A stretch of 64,000 nucleotides of DNA from a virus (lineage: Duplodnaviria > Caudoviricetes), in the IMG/VR virus record IMGVR_UViG_3300031993_000044, positions 1-64,000 of that record; one strand, given 5' to 3'. Shown in pieces: positions 20,001 through 29,300 of the stretch. The position numbers and the translations under genes are program-made. The notes below the pieces were generated by a model. That model made no database searches. It was not told the origin of the DNA and worked only from the letters and a program-made list of their open reading frames with translations. Numbering within the stretch: position 1 is the first letter of the stretch; every line of letters begins with the position of its first letter.

Positions 20001-23000
20001 CGTTGTTTATCTTCGTGTACGTGTCAAGCAGCGTCGTTGTGCCACCTACGACTTTCTTCACGTTGACTTGCAGGGTCGTGTCGATAAACGCGCCCTTGCC
20101 GTCCTTGTGAATAACATCTATAAGCGGTTCAAGCGAGTAGATGACACCGCTCTCTCCTTGCAACGCCTTGTTTATCTTGTACACAGCTGTCAGCACAATG
20201 TTACTGTCTGTCTTGTGTGTGGCAGTAACGGTGATGGATGCGCTGTTGGCAGTAATGTTGCTTGGCGTGATAGTCTTGCCGTCCTGACTTGTCGTATAGC
20301 TGATGTTGTTAGCAGTTATAACAACGTTGAACATGCTCCAAGCGTCAGCACTGCCCTTGAAAAGCATAATGCGGGTGCTTTCATAGCTGCCAATGACATT
20401 GCCGCTCTCGTCACAGTTGATGAAGCTGTTCTCGTTGCTTAAGTCCAGCATGTAAGGAGATGTACCATCAACAGCATAGTGGTCCCAAACCTTGACAGTG
20501 CTAAAAGGTTGCCAAACACCGTTTACTTTCTTGCGCTGTGCGTAGAACTCGAATTTGTTGTTTATGCCCACGCCCGTAGGCTCGTCAGTCCATTGCTCAG
20601 TATGACCAACGTCAGTATATGGGCAGTAGTTGTCAACCTGCCTGTCTGCTGCAACGTCATAGATTGGGGGCTTGTGTGCTTCCACGCCGTCCCAATCCGC
20701 AACAACAAAGAAAATGTACTCAACGCCCTTTCCGTCTGCACCGTCAGCAATGACAGGCACGGTTTCCTTTTCGTCAGTCTCTACGCCATTGTCGTAAAGC
20801 GCAAACTCCACCTTTGACGTTGTGGCTGCAATGCTTGCGGATGCGCTGGCCTGCCAGCTCCCTGCCGTGCCGCCCGTAAAGATACGGTGCTTGATGGCAA
20901 GGTTTCTTGCAGACATTTGAGCTGCTGTAAGCGTGTACGTGCCGCCGTCCGTACTGCTGCATTGGATGGAGCAAGTGACAGTATTAACGTCAACGACCTG
21001 CGAGCCGTTGGAATAGCTTCTTACAACCTCGCTGACACTCGTTTTAAGCTCGTACACGTTCAAGTCCTTTGACGTAGTAACTGACAGCGTAGCGGAACGT
21101 GTGTAGGGCGTTCCAGCGCGTGACGCAGTACCCGAAGCAACAAATGACAGCTCACGCGGAACTTCGCCCGTGAGTGCAGTAACATTCAAAGCGCCCGTCG
21201 CATAGTTGGCTACAACGGTAACGCCCCATGTAGAGCCGCTGTAAGTATAGCTGTACTGGTTGCTTTGCCCTGTGACAGCAGCCTTTGTCATTGCGTTGCC
21301 GTTGACAGTAAGCGTGAGGTTGGTAAGCGGTAGAAGCTGCTCACTGCCAGCCCATATACGCAGTGCGCTTTGCACGGGCAAGCCAATCCACTGATTAAGA
21401 AGCGTACTCCAGCTTACGCTTGCGTGCTCATTGGAAAGGTCACACACTATCGGGTCTATGCCGTCCCCTACAATGTCAACACTTTCGATGTCGCGCAATA
21501 TCCATTGTGAAGTGCCGTTCTTTGTGAACTTTTCTTCCAGCTTCACTTGTATGGAATCCACGCCGTCAACATCCATCATCGTCTTTGTGATGTCATTGCC
21601 ATACGTGAAGTTGTGCCACGTAGTGCCACCGTCAGCGGAGTAGGTAAGTGCAAGCTTCGTAGTGTCAAAGTCGGCTACACGTAACAGACTGCGTGCAGTG
21701 TCGCGTGTTGTCTTGTAGATAGCGACTTCCACGGTTTCGGGGTTGAAGCTGTCCGTGTTCGGGTTGTAGCAGACAGAAGCGGGGTTCGTTATGATTTCGT
21801 ACTTGTCCGTACCTACGTCCTTTTTGATTGACAGCAGCGCACTGTGTATCTGCGTAACGCCCTTTGACGTGTACTGACACCTTATAAGCACTGATGCGGA
21901 CACAGCGGTAACGGCTGTAACCTTTATCTTACGTCCTCCGTCCGTGTCGTAGCCGTCGCCCGTGTTGTCATATTGTGCAGTACAGCCCGTGCAGACGAGC
22001 GCAAGCCAGCTGTTTTGCGTTTCAAGCGTAGTTTTTGGAACTTGCGTATCACCGTCCCACAAATACGCCTTTGTCGTGGGCAGCGTGAAGTCAAGCACCG
22101 TGCCGTCCTCCAAGCACAGCACATTGTCATTCTCATTGTCAATGGCAAGGTGTACGGCATTATCGCCGTCTATGCCGTCCAATATAATGTCAACACCTTC
22201 GCTGTCGAGCGTTTCAAGCACTGTTCCCTCGCTGTCAACAAGGTAGAGGAAAAACAGCACTTTTTTGTCCGTCGTTGTAATGGAAACGCCCGCTGTCGTG
22301 TAGTTCATTTCGGATGTTTCCGTACCGTTTTCCCTGATAATCTTGTATTTTAGCTTAAGATTGTGCGTAGTAAAGTCAGCGGGAGCTACGATATAGTGGT
22401 TATCGTCGCTGCTGTCACACGTTACCTGGCAATACAGCTTGTCAGTCTCAATGACACGCTGCTTTAGGTTGTTCCACGATATGCCGACGGTAGGCAGCGA
22501 CGGCAAAAGCTGGTAAACGTTAGTGTCCGTTGACTTGTTAAGCGTGTGTACCTTTGTACGCTCGTAGCGGACACCTGCGTAAGAAGCGACGCACGTAACA
22601 TCGAAGTTTGATACAAGCGGAGCGTCCGCTGGCAGTGCAGTGATGCGCACACGTGCCTGCTTGTAGGAATACTCATTTGCTTGCCCTGCGTTGACTACTA
22701 CGGTTTCAATGGCCTTGTCTATCGTTGCGCCTACAGTGTTCGTAACGGAAATGTCATTGACGCTGGCAATATCCAAATACTCGTTGTTATGCCACATCTT
22801 CATGTGCATAACGATGGGCAGTCCAACGTACCTTTGCAGCTTCGTGTTCCAGCTGACAGCGGATGATTCATTGTCAATGTCAGCACTGACAAAAGGCTGT
22901 GCATCATGCTTGATGGTGACGGGGAACTTTTTTACAATGGTAGTCTTGCCCTCGCAGTCAATGGTAAGGTTGACATAGCAGTTATCCATGCTACGCATTG

Positions 23001-25863
23001 CGTCGTAGTCAAAGTTGACATCATCACCGCTGCCGGCCACTCCGTCCTTGCAGTTGGCAATGCCCGTAATGTACAGCGTTGAGTTGCGCAGCGAACACGT
23101 ACAGCCTACGGCTTCCGCATAAATCTTATACGTGCCGTCCCCAGCTGCATTGTTGCCCTCTGCCCACAGCAGCAGCTCCGAGTTCTTGCGTACCTGAATA
23201 GCGGAATGTATGCGGTAGTCGTATTTGTTGTTATTGTTGTCTATCTTATACAAGCCGCCTATGACGTTCCCCGTATCGTCAACAGTGATAACGTCCACGT
23301 AGTCGGAAAAGTCGATGTTGTACTGCGAAACGTCCTCTATAACGTCCGCAATCTGCTCCAAATGCCCCGACATGTAGATGTTATTCAAGTAGGCTGAATA
23401 ACCCGACATGTCGAGGTTATAAACAGACAAGTTGGAGAGGTCGCCAAATTGCGCACCTATATTCTGTACTGAATATTCCCAAGTATTTACATTGTGCAGG
23501 TATCTTTCGTATGTAAGTGTCGAGTAACGGCTTGACTGACGTTCCGGGTCAGTGAAGTTGCCGTATGACACAAAGTGCATCATTGCGCACGGGTGCAAAG
23601 CCCTGTTCCAGTGCGCATCATTGCGCAAGCGGTACTTGAAGCGGGAGTTTTTGCCCGATTCCAATATGCGCGTGACAGTGAAATAGACGGTAAAGAAGCC
23701 CGAAAAGCGGAAGTTACCCTTGCTGTCGTCGAAATCGTCCGCGTCATTGTTTGCAAGTGTCATTCCGTCGTGGAAAATACCCATGCAAATATCGTCAACG
23801 GCAATCTTTCCTATCTCGCCTTCTTCCAAATGCAGCTCAATAGTACCCGTGTCGGACGGTGTGCCGTCCAAGTTAAGGTCGGGGTCAGCAGTAAGAATAA
23901 TGCCGCCGCCCGGCGCACGCCACCTGTTGCCCACCTGTATGCTGATACGGTTGTAACGCAGTTCGGGAACTTGCAGCCACTCCCACAGCGTGAGGGAACG
24001 CAGCTCACCGCGCCCGTCACCGTCAATGACACCGCCAAAGCCCGTTATGCCACCTGCGTAGTTTGCGCCGAACTGCACGCCGCCCACGTGCTTTGTGCGC
24101 TGCCTAAAGTCAATCCTTCCCTGTGCCACATCGTCAACGTCCTTGCGCAAGAACTGTGCAAGGGAACGCTTTGCTGAAAACACGTTGTACTCGCTGGCAG
24201 GTGTAGTGTCAGAAGTCTTTATGATATACACGCCCGTACCTGCTTCGTACAAATGTACGTCGCTTCGGTAGTTGAGCGCGTCAATCTTTCCCTCCAAGTC
24301 GTTAAGGCGTGAGTACTTGCTGTTTTCGCCGACGATGTACTGTGCTTCGTCGTACTTGAAATCAAGCTTGTACTGATAGCCGATAATGCGCGAGTTCCTG
24401 CTGCCGCCCTTGAAGAAGTTGTCGTTAATGAGCGTGACGCGCTGGCCGACATCAAAGCTCTTTGCGAGCGAGCTGTCAAGTTGACCCAGCGGGGAAAGCC
24501 CAAACATATAGTCGGACATCATCGTACAGGTGTACGTCGAATCGTCAATCTGAAGCTTTTCAACGTACCTTTGCGCTTCTTCCGCAAGTTCCTCTTCCGC
24601 TGCATCCAGCAAGCCGAGTTCCTGCATGTATTCAGTGTCCCAGCCGATAAGCCTGTACTTTACGTCTTCGTCTATCGTCGGGTTAATGTCGTCGTTGGGC
24701 AGCATTGGGCCGTAATTGTCGTTACGCACGATTTCAAATACCTGCGCTTCGTCGTTTATCTGCCCGTTTATTTCCTCCGCTTTGTTGTCGGGGTTAAACT
24801 TGACATCAAACGTCATTCCGCGCATGATACCTGACTGAATGACTATCTGCAAGTCAGTCTTTGGCAGGATATAGCGGCTTCTGAACGTAAACCCGCTGTC
24901 CTTGAAACGGTAAATCTTCACTGTTTCCTTGCCGCCCTCGCCATCGTCAACCTGCCTGTTGTCAAAGGTTACGGTGGTCATAGTGCCGTCGGTATGCGGG
25001 TACACTTCATCAAATATTGCTACTGCTTCAATAGCTTCTTCTTCCGCGTCAATGTCGCCAATCTGAATGTACGGGTGAGCATACGACGAGGGCAGCATGA
25101 CACGCTTTTGCACCACGCCGTTAAGCACTACGTTCTCGTCATTGGAACGGTAGTTTTTGGGTACGTTGCGCGTAGAGCCAAACGGATAGATGCGTGTCGC
25201 GTGCGTACCCTCGCTGCTTGCGCCCGTCATTTGCTTTACTTCACGCTCCAGCTGAAACTCAACTGCCGTTCCATGCTCACAGCGGCCAACGTGAACAACG
25301 GAGCCGTCCACCCACCACTCACATTCAAATTCCTCGCATATTTGGTTGAGCGCGTCGATTATGCGCGTGCTTTCGTACACGACAAGCTTTGCAGTGCCAA
25401 GCAAGCTGTTGTCAATGGCAAACGTGAAGAAAGCGTTGTCAGTGTGCCTAAAGTTGTGGTACTGCAAGTTGTTTTGCAGGATGGCAAGGTGCTTGTCTAT
25501 CGTGTCCGTAAGCGACCATGACGTTTCAAAACGCTTTGTAAGCGGCTGGAAAAACAGCAGCTTATTGTTCCACTTCCAATATTGCGCATCCATGCGAAGC
25601 TGATAGTCATACCCAGCCGTCGCACGGTTGTACGTAGGCACGTAGTTCTTTGTAATCTCAAACACGCCATACTCCGTAACGCAGTAGTCGCCGACGGAAA
25701 AGTAAATCTTTTCCTTTGTGGAGAAATTGAGCTGGATATAATGCTCCTTCATCAACTCAAAACGCACGTAGGAATTGATGTTGACGTAGGTTCTAAACTG
25801 TATGTCGCCCGCAGCACGGCGTATGATTGTGTACTGCTTTATGTTTGCTGATGGTGTAGGCAT
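17044..25863 (-). CDS. baseplate hub/tail-associated protein with long repeated beta-module fibre extension
   Basis: 2939 aa; N-terminus has ATRIYPFGSTRN, IEAVAIFDEVYP, FDVGQRVTL; follows Dit and TMP. Confidence 0.85.
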   Translation of the reverse strand: MPTPSANIKQYTIIRRAAGDIQFRTYVNINSYVRFELMKEHYIQLNFSTKEKIYFSVGDYCVTEYGVFEITKNYVPTYNRATAGYDYQLRMDAQYWKWNNKLLFFQPLTKRFETSWSLTDTIDKHLAILQNNLQYHNFRHTDNAFFTFAIDNSLLGTAKLVVYESTRIIDALNQICEEFECEWWVDGSVVHVGRCEHGTAVEFQLEREVKQMTGASSEGTHATRIYPFGSTRNVPKNYRSNDENVVLNGVVQKRVMLPSSYAHPYIQIGDIDAEEEAIEAVAIFDEVYPHTDGTMTTVTFDNRQVDDGEGGKETVKIYRFKDSGFTFRSRYILPKTDLQIVIQSGIMRGMTFDVKFNPDNKAEEINGQINDEAQVFEIVRNDNYGPMLPNDDINPTIDEDVKYRLIGWDTEYMQELGLLDAAEEELAEEAQRYVEKLQIDDSTYTCTMMSDYMFGLSPLGQLDSSLAKSFDVGQRVTLINDNFFKGGSRNSRIIGYQYKLDFKYDEAQYIVGENSKYSRLNDLEGKIDALNYRSDVHLYEAGTGVYIIKTSDTTPASEYNVFSAKRSLAQFLRKDVDDVAQGRIDFRQRTKHVGGVQFGANYAGGITGFGGVIDGDGRGELRSLTLWEWLQVPELRYNRISIQVGNRWRAPGGGIILTADPDLNLDGTPSDTGTIELHLEEGEIGKIAVDDICMGIFHDGMTLANNDADDFDDSKGNFRFSGFFTVYFTVTRILESGKNSRFKYRLRNDAHWNRALHPCAMMHFVSYGNFTDPERQSSRYSTLTYERYLHNVNTWEYSVQNIGAQFGDLSNLSVYNLDMSGYSAYLNNIYMSGHLEQIADVIEDVSQYNIDFSDYVDVITVDDTGNVIGGLYKIDNNNNKYDYRIHSAIQVRKNSELLLWAEGNNAAGDGTYKIYAEAVGCTCSLRNSTLYITGIANCKDGVAGSGDDVNFDYDAMRSMDNCYVNLTIDCEGKTTIVKKFPVTIKHDAQPFVSADIDNESSAVSWNTKLQRYVGLPIVMHMKMWHNNEYLDIASVNDISVTNTVGATIDKAIETVVVNAGQANEYSYKQARVRITALPADAPLVSNFDVTCVASYAGVRYERTKVHTLNKSTDTNVYQLLPSLPTVGISWNNLKQRVIETDKLYCQVTCDSSDDNHYIVAPADFTTHNLKLKYKIIRENGTETSEMNYTTAGVSITTTDKKVLFFLYLVDSEGTVLETLDSEGVDIILDGIDGDNAVHLAIDNENDNVLCLEDGTVLDFTLPTTKAYLWDGDTQVPKTTLETQNSWLALVCTGCTAQYDNTGDGYDTDGGRKIKVTAVTAVSASVLIRCQYTSKGVTQIHSALLSIKKDVGTDKYEIITNPASVCYNPNTDSFNPETVEVAIYKTTRDTARSLLRVADFDTTKLALTYSADGGTTWHNFTYGNDITKTMMDVDGVDSIQVKLEEKFTKNGTSQWILRDIESVDIVGDGIDPIVCDLSNEHASVSWSTLLNQWIGLPVQSALRIWAGSEQLLPLTNLTLTVNGNAMTKAAVTGQSNQYSYTYSGSTWGVTVVANYATGALNVTALTGEVPRELSFVASGTASRAGTPYTRSATLSVTTSKDLNVYELKTSVSEVVRSYSNGSQVVDVNTVTCSIQCSSTDGGTYTLTAAQMSARNLAIKHRIFTGGTAGSWQASASASIAATTSKVEFALYDNGVETDEKETVPVIADGADGKGVEYIFFVVADWDGVEAHKPPIYDVAADRQVDNYCPYTDVGHTEQWTDEPTGVGINNKFEFYAQRKKVNGVWQPFSTVKVWDHYAVDGTSPYMLDLSNENSFINCDESGNVIGSYESTRIMLFKGSADAWSMFNVVITANNISYTTSQDGKTITPSNITANSASITVTATHKTDSNIVLTAVYKINKALQGESGVIYSLEPLIDVIHKDGKGAFIDTTLQVNVKKVVGGTTTLLDTYTKINNEGLTLKYLKGAGTTQQDFPSSSNVVSTSDATDSGTYLYTTILLVKNSVVIDKERINCVEDGNTTPVYFIEANPESVTIPKDATQATYQGYINLYKQEGDVISPYQAYTRIFVRQKDGTRRTAVAGGYVYGYGDQGQSTPISFNVNVNDDTIEVYARDTAISNTIFDDYVIKKEIAIYKDGDTGPQGEDADFHEIIARGTHYNSEVYPRIEIDGQSISLSYSRGLTLTVLNANLTVYHQANYDVYNDPDNTTLPNTTNPSKTYYTDQLISALTTHANENRIAIITSYDAIYIHDRLWARLAVEYGVGVDIRTVQKRRALAIICQKGMKPGQALVSWTDLEDYARVRTSVANGVVCVYGKDVPAIGENLLRGTDFKLANSKWLKYTGTVIENDYEGCNAYLITQPNSDFIDPLEQLLSSSTSGVLKNSTWYTLSFYGRGGTIRTHLYPSIIDTTEKCFVDGVAYTPNGDGQRDWALDEVYKLHTYTFKTKAKYDNTHIFAADEKVLWRKYYDTGGNVYLSKIKLEEGVYATQWQTKQEDRKGLNGCHERLFEVFTPYQTYYNEENDEKLGIRYVDFLAIEDNSMASGYKVYQCVDTHVAAATFSQDSSHWVEVSINAASAFFTFLIAKNANIKMLSSSQIVIAETNGTVVAGLANAENPLWVGGSDPATAPFHVNRAGYMFSTRGYIGSWVIKEDELISQIGKIGSSESFDYENSSFVPHITLDAINGEIRAGDTLRLTSKGILLYGNNTLCAKIVNQVISNEIDTSPSTIALTTLTQSYSGTIYFPTAGSFSGTGFWQVRKDLGYFYSGSTIRVKNAKVNFTLPTAPNRTIHWIAPYTLNIYLMNGNKTISVYTETLSPGTALVNKTVTFDNTYNIDGTTNLEGNYYIVYEIKAPFSAENNTQGASGSSNSATLTVSEAQYQYSKSVEMLCLIGQNGLFNRQGTDTYILSTAYGFRAQKGSYVLDVSNYGVRVSKDGGTTWTSLTN

Positions 25864-25865
25864 AG

Positions 25866-26303
25866 CTATCTGTCATTAGGGTTTGGTTCGAGGAATCGGA
25901 ACGTGTAAGTTCCTGCGTTTAGGCCGTAGTCCTTGCCTTTTGAGCAGCTTAAGTAAAGCAGCTTGAACGTTATGCCCAGCGTAGTGCAATGGAACTCTAT
26001 CAAGCCGCGTGTTATTGCAGTGACAAAGCCACTTAACCCTGAAAGGTACGCTCCGCGTGTGTTGCCTTCAAAGAACACGGTAAAGCTTACCTCCCTGCTG
26101 TCAAACTTCACGTCATCCGCGTTTTCCACAATGACACGCTTGCCATGCTGCAAGCGGCTGTCATTCTGCACATACGCTTTCGTCGGCGGTGGAGTAAGCA
26201 ATGCTTCGTAAGCTCCTTTTACGAGTGCAGCACCAAAACCGCCTATATCTGTTCCGTTTATTGTTGCCTGTCCGTACATACTATATGTTTTTAGTGTTCT
26301 CAA
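25866..26303 (-). CDS. distal tail (Dit-like) protein
   Basis: Between TMP and hub; KAYVQNDSRLQHGK, FRFLEPNPNDR. Confidence 0.7.
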   Translation of the reverse strand: MRTLKTYSMYGQATINGTDIGGFGAALVKGAYEALLTPPPTKAYVQNDSRLQHGKRVIVENADDVKFDSREVSFTVFFEGNTRGAYLSGLSGFVTAITRGLIEFHCTTLGITFKLLYLSCSKGKDYGLNAGTYTFRFLEPNPNDR

Positions 26304-29300
26304 CCAATAGCTTTATGTCCTCCTTGATTTCATGCAGCTGGTACGTGTTCTTTTGAATCTGTTCCAGCGTAGAAAGCATGTCCTCCTGCGTTTCGCGTAT
26401 AGTGTCAACGTTACTGCTCATTGAAACAATTTCAGTGCGTGTAAGCACGATTTCCTGCTGCATGGTAAGCAGTGCCGTTGTCTGCTCGATGGATTGAACG
26501 AGTATGCTTTCACCCGTTATCTGCAATGCTGTGAAGCGTCCGTTAAGCTCCTGCCCGGTGTCCTCGCCAAGCTGCTGCCATGCGCCCGACGAGCCTTGCT
26601 GCTCATACGCTTCACTGCCCGTAATGTCGAAGCCACGAGCCTTAAACTGCTCGTCGATGTACGTAAGCACGTCCTGTATGACAGGCAGCTGGTTCTCTGC
26701 CTTGTTAAGCAGTGCGTCAGTGGCTTGCATGATGCCGTCAGTGAGCTGCTTTTCAGTCAAGCCGCCCATGCTGTACACCTCGTAGAGGTTGGCAAGCTTG
26801 TCTTGGAAACCATCAAACACCTTTGTCAGCAGTGCTTGCTTAATCATTTCCTTTGCAATGTCGGCAAACGTGTCAGACGCATACTTTTTGAAGCTATCCA
26901 TTACGTCCTTGCCGTCTTTGAGCCAATCCCAAAGCGCATCGGTCATGTTGTCCGTAAGCGGGGCGTACATTTCGGATATGTATTCCTCCAGCTGCTCACG
27001 GAACTTGTCATATTCCTGCTTAAGCTTGATAAGTTCCTCCAGCGTAGCCTTTGTTTCACCAACGAGCTTGTCACCGTACTTGTCAATAACAGTCTGTGCA
27101 AGCTGTACGTCAATCATGCCGTCGCTGCCAAACAAGTCTTTGCCAAAGTTAGCTTTGACCCATTCGCGCAAGTCCTCCGTGCGCTGTGAATGGCCACCTA
27201 TGCCCGTGCCAAGGAAACCGCTGCTTTTTTCCCGTGTCTCAATGCGCAGGTTTTTGAATGCTGCTGTCGTGCCTTCGTCATAGTTGAGCGTGTCAAGCAA
27301 TGCGCCAACGCCTTTTCCGATTAAGCCCTCTGCACCGCCGAACAAGCCCGTTATGCCCCAATCCATAATCTGCCCGAGCAAGCTGTCCTTGTCGAGGATG
27401 CCCATTTTGTCGAGTGCGCCCGTAATGAGCTTTCCCGGTATGCTCACAATGTCGGAAACAAGGTTGCCCAGCCATGAAAGCGCATTTGTGAGCCAGCCGC
27501 CGCCACTTTCGTTTTGGTAGATGGCCTGTGCTTCGTACATCTTTGCAATATAGCTTTCCAAAGCCATGTTGCTGTACTCGTACATGTCCTGCAAGCTTGC
27601 AAGTCCTGTCGTTGCAAACCAACGCTTTTCCGCATTTGTTGCTTCAATGACAGCGAGCTTGTAGTCATTGACTGCATCACGCAGCTGGTTAATCTCTTTG
27701 AACTTTTCCGCATACGCCTCATACTGCGAGTGCGCATCCTTGAACATGCTGCTTATCTGTTGGAAAAGCTGAATGGCAGCACTGATGATTGTAAGGATAA
27801 CGCTTGCCTTTTCCAGCGTAGAAAGTGCAGCAACGCCCGTTGCAGTGACAGCCTTAATGCCGTCAATCGTCTGCGTCATAAACGTCATAACGTTGGCTGC
27901 AATACCCAATATCTGCCCTTCCGTGCCGCCTATCGCGTTGCCGACGTTGGCTATTGCATCCGCAAGCTCGTTGACCTTTTCAAGCGTCGATTTAAGGGCT
28001 TTCTTGTACTTGTTCTTTGCCTTTTCGACATCATCCGTTGCCTGGCGTTCCTTTTTCTCCGCATCTGTGAGTATCTTTTCAGCTTCAGCAAGCTTATGAG
28101 CGTCACCTGCCTGCTTTGCAAGCTTGACGTTCTGACGAGCACGCACGACGTTTGCAGACGCAATGGAAAGCTTTTGCTCTGCTTCCGTAAGCTCCTGTGC
28201 GGACGTAGTGAGTGCAACAAACGGGTTGCGGTTGTTAAGCTCGTCGTACATCTGCTGCAAGGTGCTGGTGTACTCACGCAACTTTTCGGGGTCAAGCGAC
28301 GTAGCAGCTGCCTGTTTCGCTTCTTCAAACTGCTTGATAAGAAACTCCAGCGTCTGTGTTGATGTGTTGCCCAAGTCCTCAAAAGCACGCACATAGTCGG
28401 GCGTTTCCTTAAGCTGCTGCAAGGAAAGGTTGGCTTGCTGCTCATTGTGCGTCTGCGCTGCTTGCGCACGGCTACGGGTGAGTGCTGCCACTCTGTCCGT
28501 GTCGCCACGCTCCTTTGCTTCGGCAATGGCTTCGTCAATACGCTTTAAGGCATCTGCATAGTCCTTGTCTATTTGCAGCTTCTTGTCAATATAAGACTGA
28601 TACTGACTGATTAGCTCGTCGTCCCTTTCCTGCTGTGCCTTTACACGCTGTGCGTCGATGTCGGCGAGGTCTTGCTGTGACTTTGCTTCAATGGCCTTTA
28701 TAATGTCCTGTGTCTGCTGTTCCAATGCAGCACGGCGTTCCTTGTACTGCTGTTCAGTCATGCCGCTTTTGCCGCCCTTGTAGCTTGCATCCAAATCTGC
28801 AACGGCTTCGTTTCCAGCCTGACGGGCAGCACGCGAGTCAATTTCAGCCTGTGTGCGTATGCGCTCACGTTCCAGCTCTGCCCAACGCTTTGAGCCTTCT
28901 TTTTCAAGTTCAAGCTCCTTTTCTATGCGCTCCTTGCGCAATGCAAGCAGCTCGTCGTTAAGCTCGGCAGCTGACTTGTATTCGGGTTCTTTCTTTGTCG
29001 GTTTAGTAGGCGTTGTGGTCGTTGTTCCTCCGCTTAACAGCGTTGTCGGGATTTTCTTCTTTGCTTCTTCCGCTTCCAGCAAGGCATTATCCCACATGTC
29101 GGAGTAGTGCTGTATTTCTTTATCATACTCACCCTCCAGCCTTTTTCGCAATGCAACGGCTTGGTCGTTACGGTATTTGTTTATCTTGTCAACACCCTTT
29201 TTGGTCAGCTCGTAAGTTGTCCTTTGGGCGTTGCCCGGCCTGTCTTGGAAGTCCGCTGTATAGTCTTCATTGATTTTAAGCCCTGCTTTCTCCCATTCAC

